Positions 17,799 through 27,164 of a DNA stretch of 64,000 nucleotides are shown in pieces (position 1 is the stretch's first letter; each line of letters opens with the position of its first letter). The notes under the pieces were generated by a model. That model had not been told where the DNA came from. It saw nothing but the letters and a program-made list of their open reading frames with translations, and ran no database searches. This stretch comes from a virus (taxonomy: Duplodnaviria > Heunggongvirae > Uroviricota > Caudoviricetes). Location: the IMG/VR virus record IMGVR_UViG_3300037455_000816. One strand, 5' to 3'. The position numbers and the translations under genes are program-made.

Positions 17799-18338
17799 AT
17801 GAAGAGAAGGATTTTCACCATCGCACTGCTGGCTTTGCTGACACTTGCAGCGTCCGCACAGAATACCACCACCTTCCTCGGCATCGCCGTAGAGGGTACT
17901 AAGGCTGAGATGACCAAGAAGCTGCTGGAGAACGGAGCCGTCAGAGGAAAGAACGGCCTCGAAATAAGCGGTATCGATGATGTTCCTTATCTTATCAAGA
18001 TCCACACGCATCGCGGCAAGGTGTACCGCCTTTCGCTCGTCGAGAGCAAGGGAACGGAGGATGTGAGCCTCGCCATCGCCAAATACAATGCGCTGCTGGA
18101 CTGGTATAAAAATTCGCCCGACTACGCCGAATACGAATATAACCGTCCTGCAGACGGCTCGGACAACCTCAAATATGAGAGCTATGTCCACCAGGGCGTT
18201 TACTATGCTGAGTTTTTCCAGCAGTCAGACCCCCAGCTGTATAACCGCCGTGTGGGCTTCCAGATCACGGATGCCTTCGGCGACTACCGCATAGAACGTA
18301 TGTATGATAATATCTACAACATGCCCAAGGGCAGATAA
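17799..18338 (+). CDS. secreted hypothetical protein
   Basis: Signal peptide LAASAQN; 179 aa. Confidence 0.5.
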   Translation: MKRRIFTIALLALLTLAASAQNTTTFLGIAVEGTKAEMTKKLLENGAVRGKNGLEISGIDDVPYLIKIHTHRGKVYRLSLVESKGTEDVSLAIAKYNALLDWYKNSPDYAEYEYNRPADGSDNLKYESYVHQGVYYAEFFQQSDPQLYNRRVGFQITDAFGDYRIERMYDNIYNMPKGR

Positions 18339-18354
18339 ATATATAATCCGAATT

Positions 18355-19272
18355 ATGAAACGACTTTCAATCGTATTACTGATGGCTGCCTTTGCCGCCG
18401 GTGCCTGGTCGCAGAACCAAGTCACCCTACGGCAGCAGAACTTCCCCACAGCCCTGCCGATGGTAGAGGACAATGTGGAATGGCAGCGCGACGTTTACCG
18501 CGAACTTGACCTGCACGACGACCGTAACGCAGGGCTTTACTGCCCCGTCGAGCCGTCTAAGATCCAGCAGGGTCTTTTCATGAAAGTGTTTCAGTTGGCG
18601 GTGTCACGCATCATCCCCATCTACCGCTATAACATAGACGGTAATGAGGTGTTCAACGATGCTACACGCGCAGACATCAAGGATATTCTGGTGAACCACC
18701 AGATATTCTTCCAGGAAGAGAACGGTCAGATTATCGTGGATAAGGATGATATACCTGCCTCAGAGGTACTTACCTACTACCTCAAAGAAGGGGTGTACTT
18801 CGACCTCACCAACAACTCCTACCGCATCCGTGTGCTGGCACTTTGCCCGGTCATCATCGCGGAGGATGAGTTTTCAGACGAGCCGGTGAGATACCCGCTC
18901 TTCTGGGTCGAGTACAAGGATATTGAACCACACATCAAGGATATCCCCATCATACCTGACTACCGTAACGGTATGCTGCGTATGACGATGACCGACTACT
19001 TCACCCTGAATAAGTACCACGGCGAGATCTACAAGGTAGCCAACGCCTTCGGGTACACTCTCAGGCAGAAATTCGATAACGACTCCACTCTGAAGAAAGA
19101 GCAGGAGCGTATCGAAAACGAGCTGAAAGCCGTGCGTAAGCCCACGTACAACACGTACTACAAGCCTGCCAATCCCACCAAGCAGATTCCGGAGCGTAAG
19201 CCCCGCCGCCGCTGGCCCTGGCAGAAGAAGAATGTGGCAACGGAGCCGGAGAAAGATTCGCAGAACAACTAA
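18355..19272 (+). CDS. PorN/GldN-like periplasmic protein
   Basis: Signal peptide MKRLSIVLLMAAFAAGAWSQ; GldN-like motifs VEWQRDVYRELDLHDDRNAGLYCPV, LALCPV, PLFWVEYKDI. Start trimmed from the ORF-track 18304 to the ATG preceding the signal peptide. Confidence 0.6.
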   Translation: MKRLSIVLLMAAFAAGAWSQNQVTLRQQNFPTALPMVEDNVEWQRDVYRELDLHDDRNAGLYCPVEPSKIQQGLFMKVFQLAVSRIIPIYRYNIDGNEVFNDATRADIKDILVNHQIFFQEENGQIIVDKDDIPASEVLTYYLKEGVYFDLTNNSYRIRVLALCPVIIAEDEFSDEPVRYPLFWVEYKDIEPHIKDIPIIPDYRNGMLRMTMTDYFTLNKYHGEIYKVANAFGYTLRQKFDNDSTLKKEQERIENELKAVRKPTYNTYYKPANPTKQIPERKPRRRWPWQKKNVATEPEKDSQNN

Positions 19273-19284
19273 TATATTATTCGC

Positions 19285-19935
19285 ATGGAAAGATCGAAGA
19301 GAAACCAATTTCCCAGGCTGCTGGTGCTGCTGATGGTCACGATGATGACCTTCACATCCAGCCGCGCACAGGAGATATACCGCATGGAGTCGAACCCTGC
19401 GGCAGTACAGCTCCGCACAAACGGGCTGTATTGGCTCGCCCTGTGTCCGAATGTCGGCCTGGAGATTCAGACTGACCTTGGACTGGCCTTCCAGCTGGAC
19501 TACGTTGGCGCGTGGTGGAACAAGCCCTCCAAGAACCGTTTCTACTCCAACTACGGCTTCCAGACGGAGGTACGCTATTACCTCGGCAGCCGTCAGAAGG
19601 AAATGCCATACACAGGGCATCACCTCGGAGCATACTACCAGATGCTCACCTATGACTTCGAGTTTGGCGGCACGGGCTATCAGTCCAGGGATCTGGACAT
19701 GACGATGGGCGGCGGCCTCTCCTACGGCTACTCGTTCCCACTGTCACGCCGTTGGTCACTCGACTTCACCCTCGGACTTGGGTATTTCTCCAGCAAGTAC
19801 CTCGTATATGAGCCAGCACCTAACTGGGAACCTGTTCCCTATGCGCCGACAAACTACAAGAAGCTCACCTTCTTCGGACCTACAAAGGTAGAGGCAACGC
19901 TGGTGTGGAACATCAATCGTAAGAACGACAAATAA
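19285..19935 (+). CDS. DUF3575-family outer-membrane beta-barrel protein (type V pilus operon-associated)
   Basis: Signal peptide; LRTNGLYWLALCPNVGLEIQ...AWWN pattern typical of the DUF3575 proteins that precede Mfa/Fim-type pilus genes. Confidence 0.7.
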   Translation: MERSKRNQFPRLLVLLMVTMMTFTSSRAQEIYRMESNPAAVQLRTNGLYWLALCPNVGLEIQTDLGLAFQLDYVGAWWNKPSKNRFYSNYGFQTEVRYYLGSRQKEMPYTGHHLGAYYQMLTYDFEFGGTGYQSRDLDMTMGGGLSYGYSFPLSRRWSLDFTLGLGYFSSKYLVYEPAPNWEPVPYAPTNYKKLTFFGPTKVEATLVWNINRKNDK

Positions 19936-19939
19936 AGAT

Positions 19940-20929
19940 ATGCGCCCTATGATAAAGAAGATATTGCACGGCACGAAAGCCGTTATGATAGCAGCCCTGG
20001 GGCTGATGCTCACGGCCTGCGAATATAAGGATCTCGGTGATTTCGGTCGCGGGAAAATCAAGAAGATTCCCGTCACCCTGCACTTCGACTGGCAACAGGT
20101 GGATAGCATACCCAACTCCATGCGTGTGGTATTCTATCCTGATGACAAGACGAACTACGCCCAAGGCTATACGTTCTTCGACGTGCTGAACTGCGACACC
20201 ACGATCCAGTTGCCTGCCGGTGGCTACAGCCTTACGGCATGGAACAATGACTGCGAACACGTCATCGTGTCACACTTCTCAAAGCAGGAGGCCACCTATG
20301 CCACAACGGGAAACTACTCGCCCCACGGCAATGTGAACATCCCGAAGGTGCTGGATTCCCTGTACCATGACCAGAAGGTTCTCGACTATCCTGACTATAT
20401 GGTACACGCCAACCTGTTCAACTTCCTCATCGAGGAGAACAAGCCGAATCAGGTTATCACACTCACACCAGACTCAATGGTGGTCACGGTGGAGGTGAAA
20501 CTTCACGGCATCAAGGGTCTGGAGTGGTGTCAGAACATTCGCGGAGCCATCAACAATGTCGCTGGCAAACGCTATATCGCCTTCGACAACCTCACGGAGG
20601 ATAAGGTGGCGATCATGTTCGACGCAGAGCCGGTACAGCAGGATAGTATGGTGGTGGCAAAGTTCTGGGTGTTCGGCATAGAGCCGACCGACCTCTCGCA
20701 CCTCGACCACAAGCTGGTGATGTTCTTCTGGATCACGGGAAACCAGGTATTCATACCGATAGATGTCACGGACATTATCGCCAACGCACGGAAAGATGAT
20801 ACCTACGTGTTGATCGAAACGCCTGACCTCGACATTGATCTCAGTAAGTACGTCCGACAAGGCGAAACGGGTATCATCGTAGATGCCGAAGACTGGGAGG
20901 AAACAGAAGAGATCACCCTCAGTTTCTAA
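19940..20929 (+). CDS. Mfa2/FimB-like pilus anchor lipoprotein (putative)
   Basis: Lipobox LTACEY; about 330 aa; sits between a DUF3575 gene and a fimbrillin gene as in type V pilus operons. Confidence 0.5.
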   Translation: MRPMIKKILHGTKAVMIAALGLMLTACEYKDLGDFGRGKIKKIPVTLHFDWQQVDSIPNSMRVVFYPDDKTNYAQGYTFFDVLNCDTTIQLPAGGYSLTAWNNDCEHVIVSHFSKQEATYATTGNYSPHGNVNIPKVLDSLYHDQKVLDYPDYMVHANLFNFLIEENKPNQVITLTPDSMVVTVEVKLHGIKGLEWCQNIRGAINNVAGKRYIAFDNLTEDKVAIMFDAEPVQQDSMVVAKFWVFGIEPTDLSHLDHKLVMFFWITGNQVFIPIDVTDIIANARKDDTYVLIETPDLDIDLSKYVRQGETGIIVDAEDWEETEEITLSF

Positions 20930-20989
20930 AAAGAATGAGTTTTACTCAATTTATAATTCACTTTAGTATTAATTTAAATTTTTACAATT

Positions 20990-22207
20990 ATGAAGACAAA
21001 GTTTATTGTAATGGCTGCTATGGCAGCAATGTTCTCAATGGGCTTCACAGCCTGCAGTAACAACGATGATGAGCTGGCCAATCAGCAGATTGCCGAGGCT
21101 CGTGGTATTGGCTTCAATGTTGCCGGTGAAGGTAATGTCGTAACTCGTGGTTACGCTCTCAATGCCGCCAATGTAGGCGCTACTCTCCCCAATTTCCAGA
21201 CTTGGGCTTATGATGCTGTCTCTGGTGGTCAATACATGGGTGTTTCCGCAACCGTTGGTCGTACCGTCAACAACGCTGACGCTAACTCTGATGGTGTTTA
21301 CGAGAACTCTTGGAGCTATACCCCGGTTCAGTTCTGGCCAGTGAACGCCCTGAACTTCGTAGCACTCGCACCCAACGCTCCTAACGGCGTGACTGGCAAC
21401 ACTGTTGCACAGGATGGTACGTCTAAGGACATCACTCTGACAACTGCCGTAACTCTGTCAACGACTGTTTCTGATCAGGATGATATCATGTTCGCAGAGG
21501 GTGATGGACTGACCGCCGCATCAAGTACAGGTAATGTACCCTACACCTTCAAGCACGCTCTGTCTCAGATTGTGTTCAAGGGTAAACTTCCTACCAGCGG
21601 TGCTGTGACCAAGGTTACTATTGCTGAGATCACTCTCGGTAATATCGGTAAGACCGGTAATCTGGTTTTCGACAACAACGGTACCTTCTTCGAAGGTGCA
21701 TCACAGATCACTGCTTCTACTCCTTCTAAGTTCACTTTGAGTGCAGCTGAACTCGAAGAGGATGAGTGGGACGTAAACGGTGTAGGTGCAAACGCTACCG
21801 CAGGTACAGCATTTGACCTGACTGTCAGCAACAATTCTACTTTGAAGAACGCTTGGATGCTTCTGCCTCAGACCGCTGCTGCATGGGTTAATAGCACGGA
21901 TGCAGAACTGAAAGCCGGTGGTCTTTGGGATGCTTCTGCAAATGCTGGTGCAGGTGCAAACGACGAACCTGCTACTGGTGCTTATCTGAAGATCCGCGCA
22001 CAGCTGGAGAAGGACGGCGTGGTAATCCTCGGCAGCGCAGAGTCTGACGCTATCTACATTCCTCTGAATGTAAGCTGGGATCGCTCTAAGAAGTACATTT
22101 ACACCATCGAGTTCAATGGTACTTCTGCTCTGACTCCTATCACTTTCAGTGTAGCAGCTCAGGATTGGACTGACGCTGATCCTCAGCCTGGTCAGATCGA
22201 TATGTAA
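20990..22207 (+). CDS. fimbrillin-family (type V pilin, Mfa1/FimA-like) lipoprotein
   Basis: Lipobox GFTACSNN; about 400 aa; last gene of the DUF3575/Mfa2-like/pilin triad; paralogous to the N-terminal half of the 4350-6602 protein. Confidence 0.7.
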   Translation: MKTKFIVMAAMAAMFSMGFTACSNNDDELANQQIAEARGIGFNVAGEGNVVTRGYALNAANVGATLPNFQTWAYDAVSGGQYMGVSATVGRTVNNADANSDGVYENSWSYTPVQFWPVNALNFVALAPNAPNGVTGNTVAQDGTSKDITLTTAVTLSTTVSDQDDIMFAEGDGLTAASSTGNVPYTFKHALSQIVFKGKLPTSGAVTKVTIAEITLGNIGKTGNLVFDNNGTFFEGASQITASTPSKFTLSAAELEEDEWDVNGVGANATAGTAFDLTVSNNSTLKNAWMLLPQTAAAWVNSTDAELKAGGLWDASANAGAGANDEPATGAYLKIRAQLEKDGVVILGSAESDAIYIPLNVSWDRSKKYIYTIEFNGTSALTPITFSVAAQDWTDADPQPGQIDM

Positions 22208-22260
22208 TCTAAAAGAACATTGTATGTCTTTTGGCTAAATCAAGCGGTGGGTGCAACAAT

Positions 22261-22283
22261 AAGCGCCTGCCGCTTCTCTTTTT
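22261..22283 (+). terminator. intrinsic terminator of the long operon
   Basis: AAGCG-CCTGC-CGCTT hairpin followed by CTCTTTTT. Confidence 0.5.
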
Positions 22284-22352
22284 AAAGAGAGCGGAGCCGA
22301 AAGGAGATTAAAAATAAACAGCTCATTGTAAAAGTGCATGTTCTCCTTTTTT

Positions 22353-22647
22353 ATCGGTAACGCTATGTAATAGCCATCCAATCCGTACTTGACCCCTTTT
22401 AGCTTGCAAAGATAGGGTAAACACCGGAGCCGCCAATCACCGTTGGCCCTCTGGGTTCGGAAAGAAAATTTGGCAGCAGCCTTCCACAGATTATTCTAAT
22501 CTGGGTATTCCGCAAAATTTGTCTTCCCTCATCGCTTGGCTTGCTCCTTCTGGTTGGTGTTTCCTCCTTCTTTAATGGCAAGTAAAAGGCTATACGGATA
22601 ATGGATGTACCGATGACATAAAAAAAAGATCACATGGACACAATGAG
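22353..22647 (+). repeat. copy A of a conserved non-coding leader/ncRNA-like element (about 85% identical to the copy at 63691-64000)
   Basis: Begins TTTTTTATCGGTAACG after a terminator hairpin; contains TTGCAAAG palindrome, GCAGCAGCCTTCCACAGAT-loop-ATCTGGGTATTCC; ends with the identical 36-mer GATGACATAAAAAAAAGATCACATGGACACAATGAG. Confidence 0.55.
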
Positions 22648-22752
22648 ACTCAAAGATAAAGCAAAGGCTACCGAAACCGGAAACCCGATAACTTTTGAAA
22701 CGAGCGCGTCCAGAGATTCAATGATTCAGTAATCACTTAAAATATAATTGTT

Positions 22753-23376
22753 ATGGAATTTATCAAGAACATCGACAAACGGAAGGAACTCGCGGAAATC
22801 GTCTATCAGGGCTACGGCGGTCTGGAGGACGACGAGAAGAAAGAGTATGAGAACGAGGTGGGTGCTGCCATCAAGGGTTATACCACCGCCATGCGCGACA
22901 TCGCCCAGATTCTGGTCAACGGCGACTGCGGCCTGTGGGGTACTGATTCTACCATCGACGTACTGAAAAACTATATCCTCTCACAGATGAACGGCAAGAT
23001 GAAGGCCGGAAATATCTTCCGCTTTGCTGAAATGCCGTCCACCACCATGCTCGGCTACATCCAGACAACGGTGAAGGCAGAACTGATCCGTCACCGCTGC
23101 AACAAGGATGATGCAGAGAATATCATCAAGGTATTCATCGAGAACCCGGCAGTGCGTCAGGATATTATCGACGAATGGGAGCTTGAAACCATCCGTATCT
23201 GCGAACACTGTGGCCGCCTGATGTATGAGGGCTATCTCGTGGATGACTGCGAGTGTTTCTGCTCTAAGGACTGCGTGAAGGAGGATAAGGGCTGGAGCGA
23301 GGCAGAATTTAATGAGGAAATCGCCAACGCTGACAGCGACAATGCTACTATCTATTGGACGAAGTGGGAGGGCTGA
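22753..23376 (+). CDS. hypothetical protein with C-terminal Cys-rich (Zn-binding-like) region
   Basis: 207-aa ORF; CEHCG...CECFCSKDC cluster. Confidence 0.5.
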   Translation: MEFIKNIDKRKELAEIVYQGYGGLEDDEKKEYENEVGAAIKGYTTAMRDIAQILVNGDCGLWGTDSTIDVLKNYILSQMNGKMKAGNIFRFAEMPSTTMLGYIQTTVKAELIRHRCNKDDAENIIKVFIENPAVRQDIIDEWELETIRICEHCGRLMYEGYLVDDCECFCSKDCVKEDKGWSEAEFNEEIANADSDNATIYWTKWEG

Positions 23377-23379
23377 GTT

Positions 23380-23601
23380 ATGACTAACACTAACCATGTA
23401 TATGACAATATGCAGGCTCGGATGGCCGGTACGGGTAGTTTCAACACTATCCGTACTGACCTGAACCTGAAGAAGACCTTCGCACAACTGCGCGAACAGG
23501 CTTTCCGTCTGGCTGATGCAGCCGATCCGGAATGGAAATCGCCCAGGGCTATGCGCATCCTGGCCATCTATATGCAACTCGGTAAAAAATATCTTTGGTA
23601 A
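23380..23601 (+). CDS. small hypothetical protein
   Basis: 73-aa ORF, 4-nt spacing. Confidence 0.4.
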   Translation: MTNTNHVYDNMQARMAGTGSFNTIRTDLNLKKTFAQLREQAFRLADAADPEWKSPRAMRILAIYMQLGKKYLW

Positions 23602-23619
23602 GACGTAACATTTCTTATT

Positions 23620-23934
23620 ATGACCATACTTAATATAAAGTTCAAGAGTAATGGCGAGACCGTCAAGAAGACGGCCATGTTCAAGAGCATCGGGAATAAT
23701 CCCGAACTCAGCAGCTCAAAGAAGAACGATGCCTATGATGCCAATATCGACGATTATGGGGATGGCTTCTGGGTGATCCTCTTCGAGGCAGAAGCAGGCG
23801 TGATGTATGAGGTACAGCTGGAATATGACCTTGAATGTCACCAGCCGACACTTCGCCCTATCAAGGCTATCACTTGGCTGGATGACGTGATCGACGACGT
23901 TCAGACGGTGGAGATAAAGGTGAAATACACCTGA
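23620..23934 (+). CDS. hypothetical protein
   Basis: 104-aa ORF. Confidence 0.4.
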   Translation: MTILNIKFKSNGETVKKTAMFKSIGNNPELSSSKKNDAYDANIDDYGDGFWVILFEAEAGVMYEVQLEYDLECHQPTLRPIKAITWLDDVIDDVQTVEIKVKYT

Positions 23935-23975
23935 AGAATAAAGAAGAATAAAAGAGAATAAAGAAGAAAAAAGCT

Positions 23976-24239
23976 ATGGCAACGACTACGAACAGCGGAA
24001 AAATGACACCGCGAGAATATAAGAAGCGCCTGCGGGAACTGAAGAAAGCCGCGAGGTGGATAAACCGTGACATCGACGAGGCACTGTATGAGATAAACCG
24101 TCGTATCATAACAGGTTACGACATCAACGAGACATCCCGGAAACTGGCCGTTGACCGTGCCTTTGAGCGCGTGACGGAACTCCAGCGTTCCTTGGCCTCG
24201 CTGTCAGTGACAGAGATAGACTATCCAACAATTAAATAA
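23976..24239 (+). CDS. hypothetical protein
   Basis: 87-aa ORF. Confidence 0.4.
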   Translation: MATTTNSGKMTPREYKKRLRELKKAARWINRDIDEALYEINRRIITGYDINETSRKLAVDRAFERVTELQRSLASLSVTEIDYPTIK

Positions 24240-24241
24240 GA

Positions 24242-24994
24242 GTGATTATGAAAGAGAAGATTATCAAGACAAAGAAACACTGTCCGAAGACCTTTGAGAG
24301 GGCTTTCGGTGCGAGAGAAATCGCAAAAGAGATATGGGGTGAGCTGAAAGTCTCAGACTCCTTCCTGTACCTCTACCGTCGCTTCGGCACTCCGTGCCTC
24401 GACACAAACGACGAGTATAAGATTGCCTATGAGTATAATTTCTGGTACAAGGGTCTGTACTTCATGCTACATGGCCATACGCCCGAATTTGTCTATCTGG
24501 ATGCCTACTTCCCGAAGAAATACCTGCGCTTGCAGATCCAGCGTTATCACGCCGACGTGCGCCCGGTATTCGAGAGAGCCTATAAGGACGGCGTTCTCTG
24601 CTATCCTTGGAACTGCGGCTTTTCCCAGATAGGCACATCGCTCACGAAGGAACAGCATAAGCGGTACTCCGATATGTTCGACAAGGAGGCGATGGCCTTC
24701 TTCTCTAAGGAGGATTACAAGTGGCTGTGCGACTACTGCGACAAAAAGGAAGAAGAGGTGACCCCGGAAAAGAATAAGAAGGCCCGCGACCTGATGGAGT
24801 CGTTCTATACCAGCCTGTTCACGAAATTCAAGGCATGGGCAGGCGACGATAAGGAAATCCGTCACCTTTTCTGGACGAATCCCGACCTCCGCTATCTGCC
24901 GGAGGTGGAGAAGATCGTGAAGGAGTTCTGTAAGGAGCTGCTGATATACGAGCCGATCCGCGACTGTGACATCAACATCCGGGGCTGGAAGTGA
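24242..24994 (+). CDS. hypothetical protein
   Basis: 250-aa ORF, 3-nt spacing to the upstream gene. Confidence 0.45.
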   Translation: MIMKEKIIKTKKHCPKTFERAFGAREIAKEIWGELKVSDSFLYLYRRFGTPCLDTNDEYKIAYEYNFWYKGLYFMLHGHTPEFVYLDAYFPKKYLRLQIQRYHADVRPVFERAYKDGVLCYPWNCGFSQIGTSLTKEQHKRYSDMFDKEAMAFFSKEDYKWLCDYCDKKEEEVTPEKNKKARDLMESFYTSLFTKFKAWAGDDKEIRHLFWTNPDLRYLPEVEKIVKEFCKELLIYEPIRDCDINIRGWK

Positions 24995-25020
24995 TTTATT
25001 CTATAAAAATAATATAGATA

Positions 25021-25376
25021 TGAGCATATTCATCAACACCGATATGAACCCCGACTGGGAAGACCAGGAGGTGCATCCGAGCGGTAACAACGCCACCACC
25101 GGAAGCGGCGACCAGACGGGCTTCTTCGAGAAGCTGAACCGCGAGATCCGCTTCGACTGGATGGAAGCGGCGAAAGCCCGCCCTCTAAAGGAGGCGCGGC
25201 CTCTGGCGGCAGGGCAGCATATCAAGGTGAAAGCCCGACCGTCGGCACCTACAGGACACGAAGAGTTTCTGGCCCTGTGCAAGAAGATGGGACTCGACCC
25301 GAAGAACACCCCGACGGGCAAGCATCAGGTGAAGCGTAACAGTAAAGACAAGAAAAATAACAAACGTAAAAAATAA
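25021..25376 (+). CDS. hypothetical low-complexity basic protein (start trimmed past the overlap with the upstream gene)
   Basis: ORF-track 24966..25376; first non-overlapping ATG at 25021. Confidence 0.35.
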
Positions 25377-25383
25377 CACGACT

Positions 25384-26274
25384 ATGACCAAGAATTTAGT
25401 GATAACACCTCCTACACCGGAGCAGCAGCAAGCAGCTCACGAGAGCTTTATGCGTTACCTGCGCGAGAATCCCAATAACTTCTCATACTGGTTCCCGCAT
25501 ATTAAGAACCTGACGGAGAAGGGTATCTTAATCCCGTATTCCATTATCATACCCATCCCGGAGGAAGTATATAAGGCTTTCTTCCGTGAGGAGGAAGGGG
25601 ACGCGGAGAAGATCGACCGCTGGGTGATGGACATCGTATCGCCGACAATCGCCGTCAATCCGCTTCTGAATGGCCGTAAGCTCTTCATCAAGAACGGCAC
25701 CTTCAGCAATAAGTTCGACTTCTCGAAAGCTTGCCTGATAGAGGATGCCCGTGACGAAGAGACGTTGATACATCATATCTCCAACATCATGTATGACTCC
25801 TATATGCACGAGACCGACGGTTATCTGGAGCTGGTGGTACGGGAGTTCATCGAGCCGGAAGAGAACACACCGACCATCTACAACGGTATGCCGCTACGCT
25901 GTGAGGCGAGGGTATTCTATAACTTCGACACCCATCAGCTGCTCTATGCCGTGAACTACTGGGACTGGAACTACTGCCACGACGGGATCTGCTTCGCCCT
26001 TGGCGGCGAGCGCAAGCCCGACGCGGACACCTACGAAAAGGCATGGCCGCTGCTGGAGTTTAAGACACGCTACCTCTTGCGGCAGCATCAGGAACTTATC
26101 GAGAAGGCCCTGGCCTCCGTCGATACGCTCCATGTGCCGGAAGGCTACCCAAATATCTGGTCGGTGGACTTCATGCTGGAAGAAGAAAAAGTATGGCTGA
26201 TAGACATGGCCGTAGGCTGGAGATCGGCCTATTGGAACCCCGAAAAGGCGGGTTTGAAGCCTAAAAACGGCTGA
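25384..26274 (+). CDS. hypothetical protein
   Basis: 296-aa ORF. Confidence 0.45.
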   Translation: MTKNLVITPPTPEQQQAAHESFMRYLRENPNNFSYWFPHIKNLTEKGILIPYSIIIPIPEEVYKAFFREEEGDAEKIDRWVMDIVSPTIAVNPLLNGRKLFIKNGTFSNKFDFSKACLIEDARDEETLIHHISNIMYDSYMHETDGYLELVVREFIEPEENTPTIYNGMPLRCEARVFYNFDTHQLLYAVNYWDWNYCHDGICFALGGERKPDADTYEKAWPLLEFKTRYLLRQHQELIEKALASVDTLHVPEGYPNIWSVDFMLEEEKVWLIDMAVGWRSAYWNPEKAGLKPKNG

Positions 26275-26393
26275 TTTTATTATCATATATATAAAAATAT
26301 GAAAATAATTGCCGAAAAATTTGCGGGAACCAAAAATTTTTTGTAATTTTGCATCAAGTAATACAGATATATGATAATATGATAATATAAAAT

Positions 26394-27152
26394 ATGGATA
26401 GAGTCGTTCATTTCCATAACGCCGTCAACGGCCAGCTGACCCTCACGAACTGCGAGGTGCATATCCACCATACGGCAGATCAGGTCATCGTCAACTTCGG
26501 ACGTGTCATCAATCACGGCTCCATTGACATGATGATCCGTAACGGCTCTGTCATGCAGGATGGAAATGAGGAGCCAAAGGTGGTGTACCGTGACCGCATC
26601 GTCAAGGAACGGGTGTTTGTTCCTGATATGGGTAACAAGCTGGCTATTTCCGACTTGGAGAGCGAGAACCGCCGCCTACAGAGTGAGGTAGCCCGCCTGC
26701 GCCGGGAAGTCCAGCAGCGACCTGTGAAGGAGGTGGTGAAACGCGAGGTGGTACGCTCCTATATGAAGGATCCGAAGAAAGACCGCCAGATACGTGAGGC
26801 TTGCGACGAGATACGCCGTCTTAATGAGAAGCTGGAGCGTATGAAGAAAAACTATCTCGGCGAACCGGCAGACCGCATCCGCGAGCTGGAGGCAGCTCTG
26901 GCCTACGAGAAGCAGCTGCGGCAGAACATGGAGGTGCGGAAGAACCGCCGCATCCGTGAACTGGAAGAGAACGTCGAAGGCTTGCAGGAAGCCAACCACA
27001 ACCAGGCACTCCGCATCGACCGCCTGACACGTCAGAAGACGGTCACGCCCAAGCGGAGCGAATACTGTCCTACGGACGAGGATCTGAAGTTTATCTCACA
27101 GAACCTGCACCTCTTCATCGGACACAATGAATTGAATCCCGAAGTATTATAA
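26394..27152 (+). CDS. hypothetical coiled-coil protein
   Basis: 252 aa; long R/E-rich heptad region. Confidence 0.45.
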   Translation: MDRVVHFHNAVNGQLTLTNCEVHIHHTADQVIVNFGRVINHGSIDMMIRNGSVMQDGNEEPKVVYRDRIVKERVFVPDMGNKLAISDLESENRRLQSEVARLRREVQQRPVKEVVKREVVRSYMKDPKKDRQIREACDEIRRLNEKLERMKKNYLGEPADRIRELEAALAYEKQLRQNMEVRKNRRIRELEENVEGLQEANHNQALRIDRLTRQKTVTPKRSEYCPTDEDLKFISQNLHLFIGHNELNPEVL

Positions 27153-27164
27153 AACTATATCGTT

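Noticed and set aside
17637..18191. 184-aa - strand ORF
   Set aside because: Antisense to two + strand genes that each encode a signal peptide.
19285..19935. Whether the gene after the PorN-like gene could be a PorP/SprF-type barrel belonging to the type IX set
   Set aside because: Its sequence pattern and its position before Mfa2-like and fimbrillin genes match the DUF3575 pilus-associated barrels. It is therefore called as part of the type V pilus module.
22430..22500. SRP/4.5S-RNA-like GGAAAGAAAA...GCAGCAGCC segment in the leader copies
   Set aside because: It occurs four to five times, lacks the complete SRP domain IV consensus GGAAGGAAGCAGC and the flanking helix, and is always embedded in the larger conserved leader element.
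23930..23975. GAATAAA/GAAGAA reiterations that might suggest a repeat array
   Set aside because: Simple A/G-rich low-complexity spacer; there are no regular repeat-spacer units, and no CRISPR-like arrays anywhere in the window.
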